Origin: an uncultured Planctomycetota bacterium
GTDB taxonomy: Bacteria; Planctomycetota; CAZGEP01
Length of the DNA: 64,000 nucleotides
Assembly: GCA_964524955.1 (NCBI GenBank)
Contig: CAZGEP010000002.1
Span: 5,591 to 69,590, forward strand
Reading direction: 5' to 3'
The position numbers and the translations under genes were made by a program. Shown piece after piece: positions 1-9,064 of this stretch (within the stretch, counting starts at the first letter, position 1; each line of letters begins with the position of its first letter). A model generated the notes under the pieces. That model did not search any database, had not been told where the DNA came from, and was given only the letters and a program-made list of their open reading frames with translations.

Positions 1-153
1 GATTTTCTCAGCCATACTGACAGCGGTCTTTGAGGGAGCAGGGGTTGTTTGTTTTGTCTCTGTTTCTGCTCTGCCTGCGACTGCAAGGCAAAGCAGGCAA
101 ATAACTGTGCTGATCAGCATCCCGGTTGCTGTTTTTCCTGGATGGATATTCAT
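1..153 (-). CDS. partial CDS (N-terminus only, continues off the left edge): signal-peptide-bearing protein of unknown function
   Basis: ATG at 153-151 on the minus strand, preceded by GGAG. Translates MNIHPGKTATGMLISTVICLLCLAVAGRAETETKQTTPAPS... with a signal-peptide-like hydrophobic core. The frame stays open to base 1. Absent from the ORF track because it is unterminated. Confidence 0.35.
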   Translation of the reverse strand, partial: MNIHPGKTATGMLISTVICLLCLAVAGRAETETKQTTPAPSKTAVSMAEKI

Positions 154-182
154 ATTGGATCTCCAATCACTGTGTATGTTGT

Positions 183-1511
183 TTAAAATGGAACCGTGCC
201 GGTCTCGTCCAGCGGATAGTTCCATGCTTCTGTATACTCTTCGCCTTTTCGAAATTCATCGCTGGTTGCTTTCAGACGCTCGGAAAGTTTTTCCTCCAGC
301 TCACGGACAAGCTCCGCACTGTCCGGATCCTCAATCAAATTTTTCTGCTGAAAGGGATCTGCGATATTGTTATAAAGTGCCCAGGGACCGTCAAGATTTC
401 GAACATATGTATGCGTCTTTGTACGAACGCCTCGGTACTCAAAACCGCCGTGCTTTCTTGCCCACTCACCGAACGGATGGTAGTTTGCGATCAGGGCTGC
501 GTCATTGGAGACATCTTCATTGCCACGGATATACCCGGAGTGGTCGGTTCCTTCCACCGAATTTGGAATGGATAGTCCACAGAGTCCGAGCAGCGTGGGC
601 ATAATATCCGGTGCATTGAAGAGAATGTCTGTTTCCGAAGGCTGAATGCCGGGAGCTTTAAGCAGGAAGGGAACCAGGATGGATTCTTCAAAAGGTTTCT
701 GCTTGCGCCGGTGTCCGTGAGAGCCGTGCATGTCGCCGTGATCGGAGGTGAAAATCACCAGGGTATCCTCGACCAGTTTCTTCTCTTCCAGTGTTTGGAG
801 CAGGCGGCCCATGTATTCATCAAGCGCCGAGATATGCGCATAGTATCCGGCCAGGTCTTCGGCTGCCTTCTCGCGTGCATCGTCGGGTACGTTGGGGCGA
901 AGGGTTATATTTTCAGGTTTGTACATCTTCCGGAATTCCTGCGGTGCGGTCTGGTACGGGCTGTGCGGCGGCCCCCAGGAGAGCATGAGAAAAAAGGGAT
1001 GGTCGGTGTTGTGCTTGGAGATGTATTGGATCGCATCCGCTGTCTGGGCCTGCGCGTCATATCCTTCCCACATTTTCTGCTCTTCGCAGTTGTTGTCGTA
1101 ATACGGAGACTCGTTGTACTGGTGCGTGCATTCCAGCACTTTCCAGTAGTCAAACCCCTGCCGGTGTTCAGGCGGAATGTAGCTGGTTCTGCCCCGACCG
1201 TTCAGATGCCATTTGCCGATATAAGCAGTGTCATAGCCTGCGCCTGTAAAGCAGTCGGCAATGGATGGGCACCGATGCTCCAGGTGAACATCGTTGACAA
1301 AGACACCGTGAGTCAGCGGATACTGCCCGGTAATCAGGCTTCCGCGGCAGGGAGAGCAGACCGGGCAGTTGGATATGGCGTTGGTAAAACAAAAACTCTG
1401 TTCGGCCAGACGGTCAAGGTTGGGTGTGGAGACCTGGGTATTTCCATGAAAACCGGTTGCCTGTGCGCGCATCTGATCTGCAAAAACAAACAGTATATTG
1501 GTCTTTTTCAA
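183..1511 (-). CDS. Cys-type sulfatase (arylsulfatase family)
   Basis: N-terminal ILFVFADQMR followed by the formylglycine box CSPCRGSLITG (C-x-P-x-R). GKWH and SDHGD sulfatase motifs are also present. 442 aa. Confidence 0.9.
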   Translation of the reverse strand: MKKTNILFVFADQMRAQATGFHGNTQVSTPNLDRLAEQSFCFTNAISNCPVCSPCRGSLITGQYPLTHGVFVNDVHLEHRCPSIADCFTGAGYDTAYIGKWHLNGRGRTSYIPPEHRQGFDYWKVLECTHQYNESPYYDNNCEEQKMWEGYDAQAQTADAIQYISKHNTDHPFFLMLSWGPPHSPYQTAPQEFRKMYKPENITLRPNVPDDAREKAAEDLAGYYAHISALDEYMGRLLQTLEEKKLVEDTLVIFTSDHGDMHGSHGHRRKQKPFEESILVPFLLKAPGIQPSETDILFNAPDIMPTLLGLCGLSIPNSVEGTDHSGYIRGNEDVSNDAALIANYHPFGEWARKHGGFEYRGVRTKTHTYVRNLDGPWALYNNIADPFQQKNLIEDPDSAELVRELEEKLSERLKATSDEFRKGEEYTEAWNYPLDETGTVPF

Positions 1512-2413
1512 TGGACAGCTCCTGTACGGAATTTTAAGGGGGTTTTTCCTGTATGCTTTCTGAAAAGACGGATAAAGTATCCCGGATCACTGTAGCCACA
1601 GATGCGGGCGATCTCGGATACAGTCAGGTTGGCGGTTTTGAGAATCTCCGAGGCCATCTCCAGCCGACGACTGTTGATATAGGCTTTAAGCCTCTGACCG
1701 GTATGCTTGCGGAAGAAATGAGAGAGATAGTCTGCGGAACAGTGCATGCGTCTGGCCAGGGATGCTACATTGAGTTCAGCGTCGGAAATTCTGGCCTCTA
1801 CCAGCTGTTTGCACATGGCAATGGTTGGATGGTCGGAGGTTTTTTCCGGCCGGCCTGAGACCATGATAATATAGATCTCTGCAAAGAAGGCTAACATCAG
1901 TCCTTTGACAGCACTCCGGGATTCATCGGTCTTCAGCCAGTACATATCAATCATGTCATTGCAGTACCGGGCATACTTTCTTCCATCGCGAACCCGGTAG
2001 GATTCCGCACGCTGAGCGCTGGGAAAGTGAGACCTGGACCTGGCTTCCCCGGCAACATGCAGTGCCACCTCTTTATGCCGGAACGAAACCACCAGGTTGG
2101 AAAAAGGGGTTTCTTCTGCATACACATATTCATCATGAGGTACTCCCGGCGGAACAATGCAGATCTCTCCGGGAGTCAGGCGAATGGATTCATCCGGCAT
2201 GTTCATTTCTGAAACACCGCCCAGCTGGATAAACATCTCCGGTAGATAATGAAAATGCTTTCCCTGAAGCATCTTCATCTCTCCTCCCGGAGAAGGAATT
2301 CTCAGCATGTTCATGTCATCGCAGGACTGAAGCTGACAGATCCAGTGTTTGAAGATTTCCTGAAAGGGTTGGGAATATATATTGGGATGTTTTACAGTTG
2401 AATTGGACGCCAT
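1508..2413 (-). CDS. AraC-family transcriptional regulator (cupin sensor domain plus C-terminal HTH)
   Basis: The C-terminus SVSEIARICGYSDPGYFIRLFRKHTGKTPLKFR is a typical AraC HTH. Overlaps the downstream sulfatase start by 4 nt. Confidence 0.85.
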   Translation of the reverse strand: MASNSTVKHPNIYSQPFQEIFKHWICQLQSCDDMNMLRIPSPGGEMKMLQGKHFHYLPEMFIQLGGVSEMNMPDESIRLTPGEICIVPPGVPHDEYVYAEETPFSNLVVSFRHKEVALHVAGEARSRSHFPSAQRAESYRVRDGRKYARYCNDMIDMYWLKTDESRSAVKGLMLAFFAEIYIIMVSGRPEKTSDHPTIAMCKQLVEARISDAELNVASLARRMHCSADYLSHFFRKHTGQRLKAYINSRRLEMASEILKTANLTVSEIARICGYSDPGYFIRLFRKHTGKTPLKFRTGAVH

Positions 2414-2551
2414 CTAAGATATTTCTTATTTAAATAGGTAAATTCCAATTGAAATATGGCAATTCTCCTACTATTATTATATAATATAATACGTTGAAGT
2501 GAAAGCGTAAAAGTATGAATTATCGGTTTTTTACTATTTCTGGAGGCAATC

Positions 2552-3322
2552 ATGTCGGATAAAATCAAGGTTACGGTATGGAATGAAGGTGTGCATGAAA
2601 AGAAAAACGAAAAAGTCAAAGCCCTGTATCCGGACGGAATGCACAAGGTCATTGCGGATTTTCTTCAGAAAAACGATGACATGGAGGTTCGCACCGCCAC
2701 ACTGGATGAGCCCGAACACGGTCTGACCGATGAGGTTCTGAAGAACACAGATGTCATGACCTGGTGGGGTCATGTGGCACACAACAAGGTTGATGATGCC
2801 ATTGTGAAAAAAGTTCAGAACCGTGTTCTTGAGGGAATGGGACTGATCGTGCTTCATTCCGGACACTTCTCCAGGATCTTCCAGACCCTGCTGGGTACTC
2901 ACTGCTCACTCAAATGGCGTGAAGTTGCTGAAAAGGAACGCCTGTGGAATATCGAACCCTCGCATCCCATTACCCGGGGAATCGGTGAATACATTGAAAT
3001 TCCGAACACCGAGATGTACGGTGAACGCTTTGATATCCCCACGCCGGACAAGGTGATTTTTATCTCATGGTTTGAAGGCGGCGAGGTTTTCCGCAGCGGC
3101 TGCACCTGGCAGCGCGGACACGGCAAGATCTTTTATTTCCGGCCCGGTCATGAAACCTATCCGATCTTCTACAATGAACAGGTAATGAAAGTCATTGAAA
3201 ATGCCGTACGCTGGGCCAAACCGTCGGTATGTATTCCAATGACCTGTCCGAACGTGGAAGCCCTGGAAACCATCAGCCCCAAGCAAGGCGACTTCGGCAA
3301 GGCCGGCGTTCAGCAGGTATAA
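2552..3322 (+). CDS. ThuA-domain (trehalose-utilisation-like) protein
   Basis: 256 aa. Begins KVTVWNEGVHEK...ALYPDGMH and continues with a GHVAH..VLHSGH pattern typical of ThuA-like class-I amidotransferase-fold proteins. Paired with a Gfo/Idh/MocA gene, as is common. Confidence 0.8.
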   Translation: MSDKIKVTVWNEGVHEKKNEKVKALYPDGMHKVIADFLQKNDDMEVRTATLDEPEHGLTDEVLKNTDVMTWWGHVAHNKVDDAIVKKVQNRVLEGMGLIVLHSGHFSRIFQTLLGTHCSLKWREVAEKERLWNIEPSHPITRGIGEYIEIPNTEMYGERFDIPTPDKVIFISWFEGGEVFRSGCTWQRGHGKIFYFRPGHETYPIFYNEQVMKVIENAVRWAKPSVCIPMTCPNVEALETISPKQGDFGKAGVQQV

Positions 3323-3388
3323 GCAGCGGCTTTGGGCTCGACGCTAAGAGTAACAGGACAAACAATCATTTATTAGGATGGGTACACA

Positions 3389-4438
3389 ATGAAAAAATAT
3401 CGTGTCGGAGTTGTCGGACTTGGTATGGGACAGGGACACATCCGAAGCTTTCAGAGTCACCCGAACAGTGACGTGGTTGCCATTACAGATGTCAATGAAG
3501 ATCGGCTTAAAGAAATCGGCGAGAAATTCGGTATCAAGGCCCGGTACACGGATCACAGTAAGATGCTGGCTGAGGAAGACCTGGACATCGTCGGCGTGGC
3601 CACTCCGAACATCTTTCACAAACCCATTACCATTGAAGCGCTGGAAGCCGGCTGCCACGTGCTCTGCGAGAAACCCATGGCCATGAACGCGCAGGAAGCT
3701 GAAGACATGCTGGCCGCTGCCAAAACGGCGGACCGGAAACTCATGATCAACTTCTCCTTCCGTTTCAAGCCCCAGTCCTGGGCCATCAAGCGACAGGTGG
3801 AAAGGGGACGTATCGGCGACGTCTACATGGCCCGTACCCTGTGGCACCGCAGAAGAGGCTTTCCCGGATTCGGCGGATGGTTCGGCCAGAAGGACAAATC
3901 CGGCGGCGGCCCGCTCATTGACCTGGGTGTTCACCGCCTGGACCTGGCGCTATGGTTCATGGGATATCCCGAACCCACATACGTACTGGGCAGCACCTAC
4001 AACCATATCGGCAAGCGGGTATCCAAAGAAGAGGGCAAGAAATACGATGTCGAGGACCTGGCTGCCGCGTTCATCAAGTTCAAAAACGGCGCCTGCCTGA
4101 TCCTTGAAGCCTCGTGGGCCGCAAATATCCAGCAGAAAGAACACATGAAGACCCGCCTCTTCGGCACCAAAGGCGGTGCCCTTAACTATAATCTGAACGG
4201 CGGGTATGACTTTGGCACCGACCTGTACGTGGAAGAGGACGGCTGCCAGTTTGACATGAAACTGAACAGTAAAATGGGTATCAAGGACGCACCGCCCACC
4301 GCCATGCACAACATGGTGGACTCCCTGGTCACAGGCAATCCCAATACCGCAACCGGTCAAGAGGGGCTGATTGTAATGAAACTGCTCGATGCCATCTACA
4401 AAAGCGCGGAAACCGGAGAACCGGTGAAAATCTCCTGA
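3389..4438 (+). CDS. Gfo/Idh/MocA-family NAD(P)-dependent oxidoreductase
   Basis: N-terminal Rossmann motif YRVGVVGLGMGQGH and an EKPMA motif (VLCEKPMAMN). 349 aa. Confidence 0.85.
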   Translation: MKKYRVGVVGLGMGQGHIRSFQSHPNSDVVAITDVNEDRLKEIGEKFGIKARYTDHSKMLAEEDLDIVGVATPNIFHKPITIEALEAGCHVLCEKPMAMNAQEAEDMLAAAKTADRKLMINFSFRFKPQSWAIKRQVERGRIGDVYMARTLWHRRRGFPGFGGWFGQKDKSGGGPLIDLGVHRLDLALWFMGYPEPTYVLGSTYNHIGKRVSKEEGKKYDVEDLAAAFIKFKNGACLILEASWAANIQQKEHMKTRLFGTKGGALNYNLNGGYDFGTDLYVEEDGCQFDMKLNSKMGIKDAPPTAMHNMVDSLVTGNPNTATGQEGLIVMKLLDAIYKSAETGEPVKIS

Positions 4439-4460
4439 AAAAAGGAATCTGTATGCATAA

Positions 4461-4497
4461 AGAAAGGCTCTGTACATAACAGAGCCTTTCTTTTTTA
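4461..4497 (+). terminator. Rho-independent terminator after the thuA-like/oxidoreductase pair
   Basis: AAAGGCTCTGT-acata-ACAGAGCCTTT stem-loop followed by CTTTTTT, 25 nt after the stop codon. Confidence 0.6.
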
Positions 4498-4600
4498 AAC
4501 ATCACTTCAAAATAACTTTCGCAAAAAATATTATTCCTTTGATATTTAATCGCTATATGCTAATATATATTTATATATTAACATGCTCTAATATATTATC

Positions 4601-5089
4601 ATGGATATTTTTTCAGCAATCAGCGATAAAACCAGACGAACAATCCTTGACAAACTGCGAAACGGTGAAATGGCGGTAAGTGAACTGGGGCGGCAAATCC
4701 CGATCTCTCAATCCGCACTTTCTCAGCATTTGGCCATACTCCGCCGGGCCGATCTTGTTCTTCCCAGGCGTAGTGGACGATGTGTTTATTACAGACGCAA
4801 CCGAACACCAATACAGGACGATCAGATCCAATGGCTGAAAGATTTTACTGCAATACACCTGAACACCAGCAACTCCATGGCTGAGCAGATGAGAGCCAAG
4901 CGCAAACGCATGCGGGCGGATGCCCGGAAACTCAAGCCTGCCCAACGGATGAAACGATTCATCCAGCTTCAGCAAGCTGCTGAGAAAATGCTCAAAGAAA
5001 GTGGAAACATGGATGAATTTATCCGCCGCAATCACAGCAAAAGAAGGAGGTCACAAACAGATGGACTGCCACCCCATGAAACTCTTTGA
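4601..5089 (+). CDS. ArsR/SmtB-like winged-HTH regulator with a long basic C-terminal extension
   Basis: ISDKTRRTILDKLRNGEMAVSELGRQIPISQSALSQHLAILRRADLV is a classic ArsR-type HTH. The roughly 70-aa Lys/Arg-rich tail is unusual. The upstream region is AT-rich. Confidence 0.75.
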   Translation: MDIFSAISDKTRRTILDKLRNGEMAVSELGRQIPISQSALSQHLAILRRADLVLPRRSGRCVYYRRNRTPIQDDQIQWLKDFTAIHLNTSNSMAEQMRAKRKRMRADARKLKPAQRMKRFIQLQQAAEKMLKESGNMDEFIRRNHSKRRRSQTDGLPPHETL

Positions 5090-5534
5090 CCACCTTCACG
5101 AACACGACGTTTCCTTTCTCATCATCGGTGGCCATGCAGTCAATTTCCATGGATACATTCGTGCTACCGAAGACGCGGATATCATTATCGAAAAAACTCC
5201 GGAAAATGAAGAGAATCTGCTTCGGGCCTTAACCGAAATACACGCACACTGGATTACAGATACTATAGATAAAGAGACCGGTATCGAAAAGACCGCGGCC
5301 GTAACGGCATCCTGCATCCGCGCGAATCACCTGATGATGCTGACTACCGACCTTGGCTATCTGGACATATTCGATTACATTCCCGGATTTCCGCAAACAC
5401 CGGTCCGTGACGTTTTCAATGACTGTGAGCATTACAATCAACTGAAGATTATCTCTTTGAAATGGCTCCGAAAAATCAAAGAGGCTTCCGCGCGCCCCAG
5501 AGATATGGACGATCTGGACAATCTGGGATTATGA
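5061..5534 (+). CDS. putative Pol-beta-fold nucleotidyltransferase-like protein
   Basis: Start chosen at the ATG 9 nt after AAGGAGG (5043-5049). IIGGHAVNFHGYIRATEDADII fits the hG[GS]-x(9-13)-D-x-D nucleotidyltransferase signature. The C-terminal RPRDMDDLDNL motif is of the kind seen in small NTase-fold proteins. Overlaps the ArsR-like gene by 29 nt. Confidence 0.5.
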   Translation: MDCHPMKLFDHLHEHDVSFLIIGGHAVNFHGYIRATEDADIIIEKTPENEENLLRALTEIHAHWITDTIDKETGIEKTAAVTASCIRANHLMMLTTDLGYLDIFDYIPGFPQTPVRDVFNDCEHYNQLKIISLKWLRKIKEASARPRDMDDLDNLGL

Positions 5535-5668
5535 TATATTGCGTGGAAAACCGGATTAAAGGACTGCAACCTGCAAACCGGGTAACAGCCAGCCGCTTTT
5601 GCAGTCAGCTATAGACTGTCAACCATAGACCATCGACTGAAGTTATCCTTTCCTGCAGCGACACCTTT

Positions 5669-6982
5669 CTACTTTTTCTCCCGTGCGCGGCGGGCGGTGA
5701 GCTCTCCCTTGAGAAACTTGACCTGCTGTACGATCGGCCGTTTAGACGGACACTGATAGGCGCAGGTTCCGCACTCAATGCAGTCCAGGGCATTTACCTG
5801 ATCATACATGTCTTCGTTTCGGGATTCGGCTGCGATGCTGATCAGGCTTGGGACCAGGTTCGCTGGACAGCCCTGAACGCATCGGCCGCAGCGGATGCAG
5901 GGGCCGGATTCTTTTTCGGGTTCGCCATCCAGCACAAGGATGCCGGACGTACCTTTGATGACCGGCACTGAAAGATCAAACTGGGCCAAGCCCATCATGG
6001 GACCGCCCAGGATCACGCGTCTGGCCCGGTCTTTACGCCTGGATTTGTTGAGCAGAAAATCCACAGGCGTTCCAATGCGGGCGATCAGGTTCGCCGGGTC
6101 CACCACTCCCTCACCGGTTACGGTAACGGTTCGAATGTACAGCGGCTCATTAAACCGGCAGGCACGGTAGACAGCACTGCACGTCCCCACGTTATCAACC
6201 AGAGCGCCGGCATCCATGGGCAGTCCGCCGGAGGGTACTTCCCGGCCGAGCAGAGCGGAAATCAGTTGCTTCTCTGCTCCCTGTGGATACTTGACCTCCA
6301 GCTGTTCGACCTCGACATCGTCTCCAGCATGTTCGCTCATTATTTTATACGCCTCAGGTTTGTTGGCTTCAATGCCGATAATGATCCGTTTGGCAGAGAC
6401 TGCTCTGGCAATCAGGCGCGCGCCTTCTATGATTTCCTGAGGTTTTTCGCGCATCAGACGATCATCGCATGTCAGGTACGGTTCACACTCTACACCGTTT
6501 ACAATCAGGGTATCAATGGGCTTTTCTTTGGGCGGAGAGAGTTTGACATGGGTGGGAAAGGTTGCTCCACCCATACCCGCAATACCGGCATTACAGACGA
6601 TGTCAATAATTTCTTTAGGTGTTAATGCTGATGTATCCCTCTCTTCACCAATGCCGGGTTCTGCGGTGTAGTTGTAATCATTTTCAACGACTACGGTATC
6701 GCACTTTCGTCCCATGGCATTGATTCGCTTTTCGACTGCTTTCACTTTCCCGGACACGGAACTGTGAACCGCAGCAGAGACAAATCCGCCTGCTTCAGCC
6801 AGTACAGTGCCGACCCTGACGTCATCTCCCTTTTTGACTGCAACCTGGGCCGGCGCACCGATGTGCATGCTGACCGGAAAATAGAGAAGCTCGGGCACGT
6901 CAGCTTCTACAAATTCTTTGTCTTTTGCAAGGTGCTTTCCGTCCGGGGGATGAACACCGCCGCTAAATGTCCTAAGGCTCAT
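5669..6982 (-). CDS. rnfC: RnfC-type electron-transport subunit (NADH-binding, 2x[4Fe-4S])
   Basis: N-terminus FSGGVHPPDGKHLAKD, a central SLBB-like region, and two ferredoxin boxes CIRCGRCVQGCP and CIECGTCAYQCP. 437 aa. Confidence 0.85.
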   Translation of the reverse strand: MSLRTFSGGVHPPDGKHLAKDKEFVEADVPELLYFPVSMHIGAPAQVAVKKGDDVRVGTVLAEAGGFVSAAVHSSVSGKVKAVEKRINAMGRKCDTVVVENDYNYTAEPGIGEERDTSALTPKEIIDIVCNAGIAGMGGATFPTHVKLSPPKEKPIDTLIVNGVECEPYLTCDDRLMREKPQEIIEGARLIARAVSAKRIIIGIEANKPEAYKIMSEHAGDDVEVEQLEVKYPQGAEKQLISALLGREVPSGGLPMDAGALVDNVGTCSAVYRACRFNEPLYIRTVTVTGEGVVDPANLIARIGTPVDFLLNKSRRKDRARRVILGGPMMGLAQFDLSVPVIKGTSGILVLDGEPEKESGPCIRCGRCVQGCPANLVPSLISIAAESRNEDMYDQVNALDCIECGTCAYQCPSKRPIVQQVKFLKGELTARRAREKK

Positions 6983-7036
6983 TGGGGAATACTCCGTATA
7001 TAATTTGAGGTCACTGAACGATACTACACCTGTTTT

Positions 7037-7912
7037 TTACTGTACCGGCTCCGAGACATTCTCCGGTTTTTTCTTCTTCCTGATCTGCGGCTTGTGGTAA
7101 ATGCCCCTGTCTTTGCGTTTCTGCCTGAAATCGCCGATCGCGTTTGTCGGGCATTCTTTAACGCATTTACCGCAGGAAATGCATTTTTCATAATCAATCC
7201 TGGATAAAAAGTCATTCACGTGAATCGCGTCCACGGGACAGGCTTTCTCGCATTTTTTGCATCCAATACAGCCGACATCGCAGGCAGCCTTGACATCCCT
7301 GCCCTTGTCCAGTGAACTGCACAGTACATGCACACTGGAAAAGAGCGGAATCAACTCGATCAGGTTGCGGGGGCAGGCTTCCACGCATTTGCCGCAGGCT
7401 ACGCATTTTTCCTCGATGACATGCGGAAATCCGTCCTTCATTTCCAGGGCATCGAACGGACAGACGCTGACGCATGTTCCAAGCCCCAGACAGCCGAAAG
7501 TACATTGCGTAAAACCTCCCTGGATCAGGTTTGCGGCCCGGCAGTCCGGTTCACCCACATAATCAAAGCGGTTTTTCGCGTTTTTGCCGTTGCATTTGAT
7601 GACGGCCACACTCTTTACACCCTCTTCCACAACCACGCCCATAATTCCGGCAATGGCAGTCGCTGTGTCCGGTCCGCCGGGGGCGCAGGCATCCGGCGGA
7701 GCTTCTCCCCTGGCAATAGCTTCCGCATACGCCGCGCAGCCGGCAAAACCGCAGCCGCCGCAGTTGGCACCGGGCAGGGCTTCTTCGATTTCTTCAACAC
7801 GAGGGGCGGCCTCTGTTCCAAATACGCGGGAGACAATGGCAAGCACAATGCCGAAGATTCCGCCAATGACTGCCAGTACTGTGAGTGTTGTGTGAATCGT
7901 AGGTTCAGTCAT
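7037..7912 (-). CDS. rnfB: RnfB-type polyferredoxin subunit with N-terminal membrane anchor
   Basis: N-terminal TM helix, then ALPGANCGGCGFAGCAAYAEAI (RnfB signature), then several CxxCxxCxxxCP clusters. 291 aa. Confidence 0.85.
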   Translation of the reverse strand: MTEPTIHTTLTVLAVIGGIFGIVLAIVSRVFGTEAAPRVEEIEEALPGANCGGCGFAGCAAYAEAIARGEAPPDACAPGGPDTATAIAGIMGVVVEEGVKSVAVIKCNGKNAKNRFDYVGEPDCRAANLIQGGFTQCTFGCLGLGTCVSVCPFDALEMKDGFPHVIEEKCVACGKCVEACPRNLIELIPLFSSVHVLCSSLDKGRDVKAACDVGCIGCKKCEKACPVDAIHVNDFLSRIDYEKCISCGKCVKECPTNAIGDFRQKRKDRGIYHKPQIRKKKKPENVSEPVQ

Positions 7913-7930
7913 CTTCTCAGTTCTCCAAAA

Positions 7931-8932
7931 TTATTGATCTACGCGTTGCCTGAAGAAGCGGGCCAGTTGTCTGGCCTGCACTTCATATGAGTACGTTTGA
8001 ACCGCTGTCTGTCTGGCATTTTTCCCCATTCTTTTGAGAACATCGGGTTCGGCTGTGAGCAGTTCTTTGAGCACAGACGCCCAGTTATCCCTGACCAGCC
8101 GCCCGTTTTCCCGATCAACAATAACATCGTTATTCATGCCGACTGCGGTTCCTGCCGGCACAATGCCTGATGCCATATACTGCAGGAGTTTATAAGCGCA
8201 TTTACCCCGGTCATACGGAGAGGTTTGCGAAAGGGGCATTATACCAATATCGCACTCGGAAATCAAGTTTTCCTGTGTTTCCTGAGACCACTCTATATTT
8301 TCTACAAAAGCCGGACATTTTTCAAGTGGTTTATCTGAAATAACCCGCAGAATAAACGGGTGGTGTGAATAAATATCGTTCAGATCCGGCAGGATTTTTT
8401 TCAGACTTTCAAGGTTACTGCTCAGACCCACCCACCCGATGATGCCTGATCCGCCTGGGGAAAAATCACTTCGCACCGGCACATTGATCGGAACCGGTGA
8501 CGGATAGATCAGATACGGTTTGGGCCGTTTCATCAAGCCAGCCAGATATGTGTTTCCGCAGGTGGCTGAATCACAGATGGATATCATCCGATCAAACTGA
8601 TGCTGTCTGGAACGGGACTCGTGCGAACCATTCTTCGGATGTTCTCGAAAACAGACCGCGTCGTCGATGTCATAGATTACGGGTGGGGCTGCCATGCGTA
8701 ACAATGCCCCCTGAACAAAACCGGGGCATTGCTTCTGCAGCCAGATCAGGTCGCATTCCCTGCTTTTTTTCAACAGCGTGAGCATACCGCTCAACGCGCT
8801 GGAAAGTATAACGGCATGACAGAAAATACTGTGCTTTTCGAGGTACGGTATCATCTGCAGGATTCGAATTCGTGAGGAGGGCAGAGTTTGGGATTGTATC
8901 ACACAGAGGACGTTTATGCGTTGATTGTTCAT
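7931..8932 (-). CDS. glycosyltransferase (GT-B fold, GT1/GT4-like)
   Basis: C-terminal KLLQYMASGIVPAGTAVGMNNDVI resembles the E-x7-E/EAMA.G.PV region of GT4 enzymes. Start moved to the internal MNNQRINVLCV because the longer ORF would run into the 8942-8998 hairpin. Confidence 0.65.
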   Translation of the reverse strand: MNNQRINVLCVIQSQTLPSSRIRILQMIPYLEKHSIFCHAVILSSALSGMLTLLKKSRECDLIWLQKQCPGFVQGALLRMAAPPVIYDIDDAVCFREHPKNGSHESRSRQHQFDRMISICDSATCGNTYLAGLMKRPKPYLIYPSPVPINVPVRSDFSPGGSGIIGWVGLSSNLESLKKILPDLNDIYSHHPFILRVISDKPLEKCPAFVENIEWSQETQENLISECDIGIMPLSQTSPYDRGKCAYKLLQYMASGIVPAGTAVGMNNDVIVDRENGRLVRDNWASVLKELLTAEPDVLKRMGKNARQTAVQTYSYEVQARQLARFFRQRVDQ

Positions 8933-8941
8933 GATGTTATG

Positions 8942-8998
8942 ATACCAGAAAGGCCTGAATTGCAAACGGTTTTTTTGCGATTCAGGCCTTTCTGGTAT
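8942..8998. repeat. 57-nt perfect long hairpin / palindromic element
   Basis: ATACCAGAAAGGCCTGAAT (8942-8960) and its exact reverse complement ATTCAGGCCTTTCTGGTAT (8980-8998). The 19-nt spacer adds a further GCAAA/TTTGC pairing. Confidence 0.85.
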
Positions 8999-9003
8999 CC
9001 AAT

Positions 9004-9044
9004 AAAAAAAGCCCGCTCAAAACTGAGCGGGCTTTTTATTTTTT
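9004..9044 (-). terminator. Rho-independent (bidirectional-looking) terminator downstream of the OMP gene
   Basis: GCCCGCTCA-aaac-TGAGCGGGC stem flanked by an A-run on one side and a T-run on the other, 20 nt beyond the stop at 9065. Confidence 0.75.
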
Positions 9045-9064
9045 ACAGCTTTAGCAGCGCTTAA

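Noticed and set aside
107-604. Plus-strand ORFs of 165 and 149 aa at the left edge
   Set aside because: They lie antisense to the sulfatase C-terminus and to the short minus-strand N-terminal fragment. Their composition is implausible.
5669-7912. Calling the locus a complete Rnf complex
   Set aside because: Only the B and C subunits are present. No RnfD/G/E/A-like polytopic membrane ORFs flank them.
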